Part shown: one piece after another, positions 38,901-50,408 of the stretch
How the letters are laid out: each line of letters begins with the position of its first letter
Position numbering within the stretch: position 1 is the stretch's first letter
Assembly (NCBI RefSeq): GCF_009914755.1
Contig: NC_060929.1
DNA length: 64,000 nt
Origin: the human T2T-CHM13v2.0 reference genome, Homo sapiens
Direction: 5' to 3' (one strand)
Program-made: the position numbers and the translations under genes
The notes under the pieces: generated by a model
Databases searched by the model: none
The model's input: only the letters and a program-made list of their open reading frames with translations
Told to the model about the DNA's origin: nothing

Positions 38901-41900
38901 ATAATGTTTTCATTGAACTATATGGTTTACTGTTTGAAAATTATATTCAGAAGCCTCAGAAACAAGAATTTGCATCCACTCAAATTTTTCAATTAGAAAA
39001 TAGCACACGGATTTCAGTTTACAATAAATCCTTTAGAGAGTACAATAAAAAGTACTATCAAGAATATGAAGATATTAGGAATGATTTTACTCAAGATCAT
39101 GCAAAATAGTTGTAGTCAGAAAAAACTTGATTAATTTTTAATTTTAAGCTAGATGGTCCTGTGTCATTGTGCTCCTTTATGACTGACTAAATTTTGAAAA
39201 CATAAATGCAGACAAATTTAAGAGGAAATAAATCTCCTAGTAGTGAGTAATATCCTATTCAGAAGCACTGGAAGTTCACATTAATCACAAGAAACTTTTC
39301 TACAAAACAGCTCAGGACATAGGTTGAAAAGCAGACTAAAATATAAATTTGATAATATAAATCAGGCCCTTAAAAGAGACAGTAATTTATTGATGTTTGG
39401 CTGTCTAAGACCACCATCGTAAGACAAATTATTAAAAGTGAATATTAATACCTCATTTCTTATACTCCTCTTTGAGGATTTTATACCTGAAAATGAAGGT
39501 GTTATCCATCACAAATGATCAAAGGGCAATTTTTTTCCTCAGTTCAGAAAGCGGATCTGACTGAGTTGTCCTGGGTAAGAGGCAAGGACCTTCCTCACTG
39601 TGCTTAGGGAAATTGAGGCTTCCTTTGCAACATGGATATTCTAATCCGGAATGCTATTTTAACAGTTTGTATACTGCTTCTGAAAAGAAAATTGATAATA
39701 TAGAATCGTCAACACAGAGTCGTTCATTATTTCAAACAAAATATCACAGCTTTTTAAGTCTTTATTGCTACCGAAGTTATTCAACACATGCACAAAAATG
39801 AGGAAGGTTGAGTGGTATCTTATAAAAAATTTTTAAATTTATATTGAAAACACAAACCAATAAGCCACTAGACCAAATGCTACCCAACATGTAAAATTCT
39901 ATTCTTAACATATTCTCATATTTTGTTCATTTTTATTTTAATGCTTTCTCTCTCTCAAAGGTAAATTTTCTGGCATATACTTATCCCAAGCTAGCAAAGG
40001 CCAGAACTCCTGAAGGACTAATTGTATTCATTCATTTTCTTGGCCCAGCGTGAAGCTGGTAGCTTGCTTGGTTCATAGCAACAGGGGAGAAAAGGAGGCG
40101 CCCATCTTTATGTCCTTATCCAACAGGAAACCAGGCCAGTGGACAGAATGCAGTGAAATGCCTGTTCAGAAGGTATTCTGCAAGATTAAATGGCAAGAAA
40201 TTCACAAGGTTAATTTGCACCCAAGTAACTAAGTGTTCCCTCCAAACCTGATCCTCAGCCTTCAAAGGTGGAAGCTTCTGAAGCTACTGTCAGCCACAAC
40301 ACACATGACAACAAGATATTAGTTCAGTGAGCTGATGGTTTAGTTATTACCACTAAAATCACCTAACAGAGAGTAATAAACTACTGAAGACTCTGATACT
40401 TTTAATCACTAGTAGTTTACTGACCTTGGTCTTACCCTGAAAATGCCAAATTAGACTGTATAGCCAAATCTGCCTCAAATAGCTCTAATGTTCCTATCAT
40501 CTAAAAATCAGACAGTTGAGTATTTCTGATAGTTTATTGTGAATATATAAAATAATGAATCAAATAGGTAGAACATATCTTAGTAGCTAACTCTGCTTTT
40601 CAAAATTCTATGGAAAACTCACCAAAAAACAGGAATCATACTTCTCTTTTACAAATTTCTAGATTAAAAAGGGGGGAGGGTCAATTCACGTCTCTTATAA
40701 ACATATAAGCATAAAAACATGGGTTATAAACCTCAATCATACTGCCTTATTTTTAGCCTGGTACTTGCATAAATTCTGATCTAAATTTCAGAGTAACAAA
40801 ATTACTACCAATACATCTAATAATGTGATACGTTACACTGAGGCTTAAAGTTAATGCCTTTTACTTGAAAAACATTTATGTTTCTAACATACAAAATATT
40901 ACTTAAAATATTTAAAATTTCAAAAGTAAGGACAATCTAAGTTTTGTGATGAAACTCATTCAAGACCAAGATAAACTTTCAATCTTTACTCACAACAAAT
41001 TCTTAGATTTAAACCATGCTGATTTCATTTACTTGTCAGTGAAAAGGTCACAGTGCCGGCATACTGGTATACATATGTCAAAATGATGATGGCTCAGATT
41101 TTTTTTAAATGGAGCAACTAAATTTTGAAAGAAGAAAAATACTCAAGGGAATATGATTAGGGAAAAAAAAATGTTACTACTTCTCTCTTCTTAGCCACAT
41201 ACATTTGACCTGTACTGCCAGAGGACTTGGGAGTGTTGACCTAGAATTCACATTACTTTCACAACTCCAAGATTACGTGTTAACAAAACTAAAAGGTGTC
41301 AATTACCTGCTACTCTAATATGAAATGTTTAATATACAAGTCCCTACAAGAATTGAAAAAGTCCAAAGAAAACATGATTAGGTTAAAGTTTAGTAAATCC
41401 TTCATGACTTACACAGATATTTTCCTCTTAAGAGTATAACCTTTTAAATTGATGATACTCAAACCTTAACAGAAGCAAAGCACCAGGTTGAGGACGACTG
41501 GTATTCCTAAAAGTGTGTTGGTCATATTTGCTGCTGTATTATTTGACTATTGCATCAATAATGCCAACCAGTAGGAGATATGTTTAATTACCCTAATATC
41601 ATTTCAGCAAATAGTCAAAATAATCCAAGAAGAACTTAGAATACGCACATGATGTTTAAAAGTATATTCTTATTAGAAGCACCAAACTGCTTATGGCATA
41701 CTTCAGATGAAGAGGCATGTTCTTAGTATTATGACTCTCTTTATAAGCATAGCTACTAAAGGAGAATGTAAATAAACTTTTATTACTGGAAGTCTTTTTA
41801 ACTTTATTTAAAAGCTCTTTACATTCTTAAAGAAATTAAGGACAAATAGTTATATTCTTCTTGATGTGGATTTTCATTACTCAAAGTTACTTGGTGACAT

Positions 41901-44900
41901 TCCAGTTTAGAATTCAGAATAATATTAAAAGGATGATTTGATTATTTACACTTTTAGGTAAAACTTATACAAGTTTTCAAATTTTGGAAATATAGAAGAT
42001 CTATTTAGGCAAATGTTATCATATATTTCTATTCAAACTGATAGTTCTGAGTGGCTATTTCACAAATTTGTGCCAATTCAACACATAAAAAAATCAGTTT
42101 GGTCCCCTATCCAATAAATACTACCAACTAAAAGTTATCAGCATTTGAAAACTCAGTATCCACTTCTCAGAAGTGAATACCTGGGTACATAGATTGTAAC
42201 AGTAAAACTATTCTGACAGCAAATAAATTTAATATTTTTTCCCGTGAAACTACATCTATAGATGCTCATTTATCAATGGAGAGGCAGTAATGAAACTCCA
42301 TGTAGAAGATAAACTCCTACCAGATACACAAGTGACACAAGTTACACAGTAAGATACTGTACTTAATCCCTGTGATCAAGATACATTTAATTCTGATTTT
42401 ACCTAAACATAATTTCAAATTGAATCTGTTAGTATAAGCTAAAGTAGATTTACTTCGTTTAGACACAGTGTACATTATCATCAGTTTAACGTGCCCACTG
42501 AACATATTATATTCTGAGGGAAAAATAAAAAAAATTATTTAAGTTGCAATTAAAGTCCTCTATTCTTTTTTCAAAAGATTGAAGTCTTACTAGTTTAGCA
42601 AAATTTTAACAGATAGGTTCTATATAAAGACACAAAGCATGGCTAGCTTACTTTATGAAATAACATACAGGAAAAGGAATTGCACAACAGTGAATTTATA
42701 AAATTTACTAAACCCGTGGAAATTTTCTGAAATATTTTCTTACTATTGTTTGTGGAAAACTGTTAGTTTTTATTTTTAAAATACTTATTTGGCATGTGGC
42801 CTCTTATATCCAAGTTGACTTTTCTTAATGCATCAAAAGAGCAACATCTTATTCAACACTTCAGAGATAAAACTGCCTACTTTTAAAATATTGTTTTTAA
42901 AGTAAGTTTTTAACTGTGATAACATACCAAGATAAATGTGTCCATAAATTCCTAAGAATAATAAGTGTTAGGGCTGTATCTCTTGGGGTTAAGAGGGGTA
43001 CATCATTCTTTCTTTTGGCCATTATCAAACTGATAATGATCAAATAGAAAGGTAATTCTACAAACCTGAAGTTAGAATACCGATTTAGAAATACTCTTGG
43101 TATTTTAAAATTCTGCAGATTAACTTTGTCTGGGCAGGTTCAAAGCCTCCATGGCATCCTGAGCAGAAGAGTTTTCTGCAGGCAGGGCAAATCTATTAAA
43201 AAACATGACCTGTGACAAAAATCAATGTGCTAATCTCAAACCAAACAACAGTATCAAAAGCACAAAACAGAGATAACCTAAGATAAAATGTCCTCAAACT
43301 AACTCAGACTAGCTTGACAGGTTAAGAAGGGGGGTTAAAGTAGGGGTGTTTCTGGTTCTTTCCGTTTTAACCCAGGAAGACTGGAACACCCAAGTATCCA
43401 AATAAATGAATGCCATGAGAAAAAGATCACAATGTGGAGCTTGGTGTGGGAAAGAAAAGACAACCGAGAGCAAGATATCCCAAATTCAAAGAAACTATTT
43501 CAGTGTTGCTTTATTTAATAAGGTGCTAAAGTTCAGAGATACAAATTTCTGCTTCGTATATGCTGCCTAATAAAGCACAAACGGGGAAAAAAAACTAACC
43601 AACATAATGAGACTGGCTTTTAACACCATCACAACTGGAAAGCTTGCTCTATTTGTCTTGTCAGCTTTAATAAAAGGCATCTCTCCTCTGGCAGGATGGC
43701 TTCTTTTTCTCTTTTCCTAATAGTGGTAAGTGGCATGTCAAAGAAGAAATCGCTTCCCATTCCACCACCCACCTCCAGGAGACTCTTGTTTTTTGAACCA
43801 AACTTTCAGGAATATCTCCACTCCTGTTCAGCGGTTCATTTAGGACTTGGGCGGCTACCTGAGTAAGACTATCTTGGACTAGCGGGATAGGGGGAACTCC
43901 CTCCTGGTTCTGTAACCGGCGGACTGCTTGTGGGGAAATCTTCCCATCTTCATCTGCGCTGACATTATTCAAGCAGGGAATCCCTCTCTTGCCTGCATGC
44001 TGAGGGGAGGCTGGAGGCAGGCGGAGAGGGCCCGCAGGAGATAGAAAAAACTGGAGGCGCCCACCGATACCCTCTCTCCTGGAGCCCGGGGCGCGCACCA
44101 ACTCTTAGGCTAACCCCTCGGCCTCCCGCCTCTCTCTTCCCAACTTCCACTCCAGCCCAGTGAAAAACCTGTGACTTTAGATGCAATCGGTACTATTAAT
44201 AAATAGCACCTAGGAGGGCACCGAGACCGGCACACAGCTGGAAGCTAGCCTCTGTCCCAGAGAAAGCAGTGCGGTATGGGCCTAGCGGGGCCGACTTCTG
44301 TGCACAGGCCGGGAAGCAATAAAGGTTCGGAACTGCTCCAGACCCGGAGGACCCCGCCGGGCACTCTGGATAACCTCCCCACTCCACTTCCAGGGTCCGA
44401 AAACACGGGACGTCTGCGACTGGCCGGTGTCCAGCACGCGCACTAGGACCGCCCCCGGCGCCCACCTCTAGTCTCCCGCATACCCGGCGGGCTTCGGGAC
44501 GCCTACAAATCGGTTCCAGGTAATCGCGCGCGTTCCTCCGGCAGCACATCGCCAGGCCGCGGGCGAAGGGCTCCCACCTCCTGGCTCGGCCAACTCTGGC
44601 AGCTTGTTCTGCACACATGACGTAACCCGGCATTAGATCAAACTTTCTGGCACCTTGAACCCACTGGGGTGGGTGGAGGGATGGAGAAGATGGGAGAATC
44701 CTCTCCACTGCCAGGCGCGCCGGGCCCAGACTGACTCAGGGGCCGAATGATTTCCTCGCAGTTGAAGAGGAAAATAAAAACCTAAAGCTTCCGCTTCCCA
44801 GCCCCCCTCACTTCCCCCAGCCCGTGCGCTCTCTCTGCGCGCACCGGGAAAAGAGAAGGGAAAATTAAAATTAAAAAAAAAAAAAAAAAAAAAAAACTTT

Positions 44901-45329
44901 GGGGGATGTTTGGCGGGTTCTCTCCGCAGTCCCTGCGGACCCACGCTCCAGGAAGGAGCTCCCGGCTGCGCACACTGGGGGCTCCCCGCGCCGGGAACCG
45001 GATGCCAGCCAGATGCCGGGGCTGGGAAGCAGAGAAGTCCCTACTCCCCGGCTCCCGCCCTTTTCCGAGTCTCCCGGCGCCCCGCAGAAGCAGTTGGTCT
45101 AGGCAGCCCCGGGGACTCCCAGGGGTACCTGGCCTTTCCGCGGCGGCTTAACAAAGAGGGGCGCGACGCGAGCGCTTCCCGCCGACGCCTCAAGCCATCA
45201 GCGCCCGGGCGACGCAGGCTCCGAGGGTGCGCGCCGCCAGCGGTTGGTGCGCGCCGATCCCCGCCGCCGCTCCTTCCGCAGGGCCCCGAGGCCCGGGTAG
45301 CCCTGGCTCTCCGCCTGTTATCGGCTTAC

Positions 45330-45454
45330 CTGGGGTTGCTGCTGTTCCAGTAGACAGCGTAGCGGTCGGCGACGGCCTTGGAGCCCGGGTCCTGGCTGAA
45401 CACACACATCCAGAGCACCAGAAACACCAGCGTCAACATCTCCACGTGCAACAT
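45330..45454 (-). CDS. EFNA5: Ephrin-A5 coding exon 1 (signal peptide and start of ephrin receptor-binding domain); remaining exons lie beyond the left edge
   Basis: Translates MLHVEMLTLVFLVLWMCVFSQDPGSKAVADRYAVYWNSSNP(R), the recognisable ephrin-A5 N-terminus with the ephrin-A motif DRYAVYWNSSNP. ATG at 45454; phase-2 donor CCCCAG|GTAAGC at 45330/45329; inside a CpG island. Confidence 0.98.
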
Positions 45455-45790
45455 CACGCCTGGCCAGCGGCGGAGCCCCCGACGCGCCACTCCGGGGAGA
45501 GAGCGGGGATCCGGAGGGAGGGAGGCAGGCAAAGGGACAGAGAGAGAGCGGGCGCCAAATAAATATGAATAAATAAAAATGAAAGGGGGCGAGAAAGGAA
45601 AGAGGCGCCCACCAAGCTGGGGAGGGGTAGGAGAGCGAGAAGAAAAGAAGGCGGTGGGATGGGGGGTGATAAAGACAAACTCGCACCCCCACTGGAGGGT
45701 TCAGGAGGAAAAAGGAATCACAAGATGGAGAGAAGCGTGCGTGTGTGTGGTGGCGGCGGCGAGGGCGGGGGAAGAGGTGCCAAGCTGTGT
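45455..45790 (-). other. EFNA5: EFNA5 5' UTR (exon 1 non-coding part; upstream boundary approximate)
   Basis: Pyrimidine-rich leader directly upstream of the ATG, with no upstream ATG until ~45930. The TSS cannot be fixed from sequence alone. Confidence 0.6.
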
Positions 45791-48700
45791 CTCGGGCGGC
45801 GGCGGCAGGCCGGTCACCCCGGGAGAGGGAGGTGCGCGCCGGGCCGGGCGGCTGCAGCGCGGGTCGGGGCAGGCGGCGGCGCGCGCTGCACAGTCACCGG
45901 GAGTTGCGCGCCGCAGCCGCGGGGAGACATACACCGGCCCGCCGGGCCCGGCTCAGCGTCGGCGCAGCAGGCTACGCACGGCTCCGCCACCGCCCGGGGC
46001 CCTCGCACTGCGCCACGCTTCGCTCCAAGTTACTTTGGCGGCCGGTGGGAAACTGCAGGAGAAGGGCGACGTGCTGATAGAGGGCTTCGCGCTTGTGGTC
46101 CCGGGAGTCTGAGAACCCCTTTCCTCAGCCTCCTCTGTGCCTTAGCGGGGCGACCCCCAGAAATCTCAGAGGAGTCGTAAGTGCTGCGGTACCGGGCGGT
46201 GCGCCGAGAAGGGTGGGGATCCGGAGCCGCAACCCAGCCTTGTCGGTGTCCTGGAACTGGTTAAGCGGCAGCTGCGCCGGCTTTCGAAGCGGTCTTGCCT
46301 CGAAAACCTCAAAGAAAAGTTTGGCTCTTCGCGTCTTCCGGCAGGTCCCCCAGCAGAGTCGGAACGCGGCGGTAGCGGAAGAGGGCACCCCGGGGGCTGG
46401 CCGAGCCTCGGGGATTTCTCGCGCGTGCTTTCCTTGGCTGGGTGTGGGTGCACCACAGTGAATGAAGAGCAGAGGTTAAGACCAGCCGGCCTGGCAGAGC
46501 TGGGATTCCTAAACCTGCAAGACGACGCCAACCCAACTGTTCGGCTGGAGAGCGGGAGGGGAAACAATCACTTTCAAATGGATCCCTCCAACTCCTGGAT
46601 GGGCCGATGTCAGTCTCCGATCGCCTTCCGAGAGGGAGACTGAGCCCCCACACGCGGTGCCAAGAGCCCGGGGTGAGCTCTCAGAAGTGTCCCTGCGACT
46701 CCAGCGGGTCCAAGCCTAGCAACTTGTAGAGATGCATCAATCAGTTTGAAATGGGAAAAGAGGAAAAAAAAAAAGCGCACGAGCGAGTGGCACCTCCCCG
46801 ATGACTACATCAGAAAACCTTCCCGATCCTCCCGCAGCTGCTCCTCTTTCCCTCCTTAGGCACAGCAGCAACAGAGGTGAAAACCACAAACCGAATCCTA
46901 AAACCCCTACCCAGGCGGGAAAATAAATAAACTTGAGTGCAGCAGCAGCAGCACGAGCAGCCCAGGAGGAATTGAAACGACTGGCAAGAAGTGGAAAGGG
47001 TTTTGTAAAAGTCAGTTTTGCAAAAGAGGGGGAAAAAAAGAGAGCGAGAGAAAAAATGCTTTATGGGAAAAAAAATCTCCTCGGGCACGCCCCCTCGTTA
47101 ATGACTTGCGTGGAAAGCCGACAGCGGCGGCGACCCAGTGGCAGCAGCCTCAGCAGAGCGCGAGGCCGCACGCGTGAACGTGGACGTGGGCGGGGGGATG
47201 GGGCTCCGCCCGGGCGTGTTGCGCGGGACGCGGGACGGGCGGGCGGCGCGAGCGCGGGTGTGAGCTCCGGACGAAGCAGGGGGAGGTGCCGCCAGCCCGC
47301 GCCCAGCCAGCGCTGCTGCCGCTGCGGCCCGGGTCATGTGGACTGTCTTTTTTTTTTTTTTTTTTTTTTTTCCTCCTTCCAAGCAGTTTACTTGGGAAGG
47401 GTGGGAGCGCGGTGGGGGGATAGCTGGAGCAACCAGTCAGGGAACGGCCTACTGTTTGCTTACAGATTGGGGGTTTTTCCTCTCTCTTTACTCCAACCGG
47501 ATTGGTTTGCTCCACGAGAAAGAGGCGTTTTCCTAATCTCCCTTCCCCACGCCTCCTACCCCCTCCCCCGCCCCACCTTCTAGAAACCTGACTAATTGAA
47601 TTACTGGGAGTGCCGAGGCGCCCTCTCCTGCGCCGGAGCCCGGCAGCCACGTGTAACCCTTTGGGTGCTGAATTCCGTCTGGGCTAAGGAATGATTTGAC
47701 ATCTTTTTACCTGGGAGTAGGGTCTTTCGATTTTAAAGGAACCTGTGCCCACCCTTTGGCTGGAGAGCCGGCATCTGTCTCTGGTGCCCCGCAGGTGACG
47801 GATGGGCTGGAACGGAGCCTCAGGGAGTGCGCGTTCCTGTCCATTCCACCCGCTCTCCACGCCGCACGCTGCCTGGCGCTGGGTTATCTGGAAGTCTGAG
47901 CACCCCTCCTGTGCCTTTCAGCCCTCCTCTTCCCACTTGGGATTTAAAGATTCTTGGGCAGGAAGCAAGTTTTCTTTAAAGTGATGCTCTGAAAACACGT
48001 TTTTAAAAATCAGGCAAATCACAGTTTAAAGTGATTACAATTCAGCGCGAACCTTCCACAGAGAGGAAATGAATGCGGCAGCCGAGCCCTTCAGAAATAA
48101 CCTCACACCTCTTCCATTTCAACCTTGAGGGTGATTTGCTGCCCACTCCCCAAAGAATAAACGCCTTTATCGAACCCGGTGCGGAAAGAAATGAGGGCCG
48201 GGGGCGGGGGCTGTGGGAAGAAAAGCAGTTCCTTTATTGTTGGAAAAGGCCCCTCGGTCCTGGACTTCAAGGGCAGGTTGCAAGCCTGGTCTTCAGCCGC
48301 CACTGAAGAGCGATCTCCTGGCAGCGAGACTGTCCCAGCGCCTCGGGACGCGTCCCCACTGTCGTCCAGCGCCCAGGAAGTGAGCCCGACGCCTGCTCTG
48401 CGGGGCCACAGGCCCCCGAGACCCGCCCTTAAGGGGTCCGCGGGCTCGGGAGCAGCGGTATTTTTTCTCATGTTCCCTAGGGAGTTTTCTGCCTTAGTGG
48501 GAAGGGCAGATCCCCAGGAGAAAAAAGGCAGTTTACTTTTGCTCCCACACCTGCCTGCACTCCTTTTTACTTATTAGCCCAATAAAATCAAATCTCACGT
48601 TCACCCTCCTGCGCTTTCCAGTCCTCAGACGGGATTTCCAGGCGCTTCAGAGCTGTTTAGAAGCGTCCAGACGCCCTCCAGTGGTGGGCCTGCAATCCGC

Positions 48701-49816
48701 ACCCAGCAGGGGCATTGCCTGCCGCTCAGGCCGGGTTGAATTTGATGGGAAATCTAGGGCTATGACCAATAAAGACTCGAGAGGAAAAGAAACAGTTCAT
48801 AGGGGCACGGAGGTACCTGGATGTTATGGGCTCTTGGCTAAAAGTTAAGTCGTTTTTCAATTACAGTAATATTTCCTATCTGAAAAGATCCTGAAATCGT
48901 CCTAGGAAAGTAACTTATATTTTGTGACTAGATACAAATTGCAATCTGTACAATAATGGACTTTACCACAAACCAACCATCTGCCTAATTATTAAAAATT
49001 GAAATTCAGAATGTCGACACAAATGCTCCTCCATCATCTGTATGTTTCACAAAGTTCCAGCAGTGAGAAAGAAGTGGGGAAAGAAGTGAGAGAACCAATG
49101 GATAAGCTTTTATTTTTCAAATCAAATTTTCAGTTAAAATGTTATTTGCTTTTTTCCCTGGTCTGTAATCTTGCTGATGTTCAAGTTCTTGGCCCATTTT
49201 AGGGCGTGTGTTTTTTCTGTTGCAGGAAAGATGGATTTGTTTCCTTAGCTTTTCTTATAGTGGCTCTAATAGGTGCTCATATGACAGAGACAGTTTTGCA
49301 GGAAATATTCTGGACCCTTTTAAGAGATATGTGTATCTTTAGAAAGAAAATTCACGACTCCTGTCTAGGGTAAAATGCTGATCCTCACTGAAGAGTCTTT
49401 TTAGTCAGGGAACTATCAGGTAACAGGGAGCTAGCAAGCTGGCTTCCTGTGGCATCAAAGCTGAAAAAAAGGTGAAGAAAAAGAAATGGTATCCACTCAT
49501 TTCCCGTTTGAAACACATACAATAACCAAATGGGAAAATTCAATTATATCACAAAAATATGGATGTCCTTATATTTAAATATCTCTACTATTTAAAGTTT
49601 GAATAGTCCCATATTAAACAGAAAAAAAAAGTATACATTGTCCTCTTCCATAAAGTGATTCATAAGATTGGAATAAGATGTTGAAATTCGCGGCTGTTCA
49701 TAACATAACTCAAATGTCTATGTGAAACAATTCATAAACCTAAATCAAATGACTCTGGGATTATGTGCCTAAGTAATTATTGGTATGGAAGTTACTAGTC
49801 AGCAGGATGATAGATA

Positions 49817-50408
49817 CAGTAAGTCCTTAATGTCAGGGATATGTTCTTGGAAATTGTGACTTTAAGCGAAGTGGCATATATAAGGAAAACAATTTCACCA
49901 TAGGCTACTTGATACAAACAAGAGTTAAATTCCTATGCATATCTCCGGTCACAAAAACATCACCAAACTTCCAAATAAAGACCAAAACACTTCTAATGTT
50001 AAACATTGAAATAAATGTGAGCTAGACATACATTTGAGAAAGATTAATAAAAACAAGTAAGATCATGTAACCAATTTTTCCATTTCAGGATTGCAGGTGG
50101 CCGGAGTTCAGGGCTCAAGGAGGAAAGTAACCCTGGACAGGACACCCTTCTATCCTGGGGTGCACTCACACTCACACCCACACTCACGCATACTGAGAAT
50201 ATTTAGATATGTGCACAGCTTAGACACAACCTAGCGAGCACAGCTGTGGGTTGTAGGAGGAAACCAGAGTACCCGGAGAAAACCCACGCAGACATGAGGA
50301 GAATGTGCAAACTACTCACAGACAGTGGCCATGGCCTGGAATCGATTTTTTTTCTCATCACCATTATGACGAAGTGACGTTCAACCAAACAGCGTTGAGG
50401 ACCTGCTG
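49817..50408 (+). mobile_element. MER82-like (TcMar-Tigger) non-autonomous element, both ends present
   Basis: TA|cagtaagtcct...aggacctgctg|TA inverted termini with TA TSD; interior matches my recollection of the MER82 consensus. Orientation is nominal. Confidence 0.8.

Larger units (their letters stand above)
43850..48750. promoter_or_regulatory. CpG island / TATA-less EFNA5 promoter
   Basis: Abrupt switch from AT-rich, CpG-depleted DNA to GC-rich, CpG-dense DNA spanning exon 1. GC boxes (e.g. GAGGGCGGGG 45761-45770), CRE-like TGACGTAA at 44619, several G-run clusters. Confidence 0.92.

Noticed and set aside
44455-44478. Possible CTCF site
   Set aside because: The match to the core motif needs a gap, which is too weak to call.
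45326-45532. 68-aa ORF treated as a complete protein starting at 45532
   Set aside because: The start is a TTG and the stop lies inside the GTAAG donor. The true unit is spliced EFNA5 exon 1 from ATG 45454.
43667-48577. Many overlapping 60-216 aa ORFs in the CpG island (e.g. 46933..47583, 45579..46112, 44196..44708)
   Set aside because: Stop-codon scarcity in GC-rich DNA. Products are low-complexity Arg/Gly/Pro/Ala, often with non-ATG starts or homopolymer-derived F/K runs and no recognisable domain.
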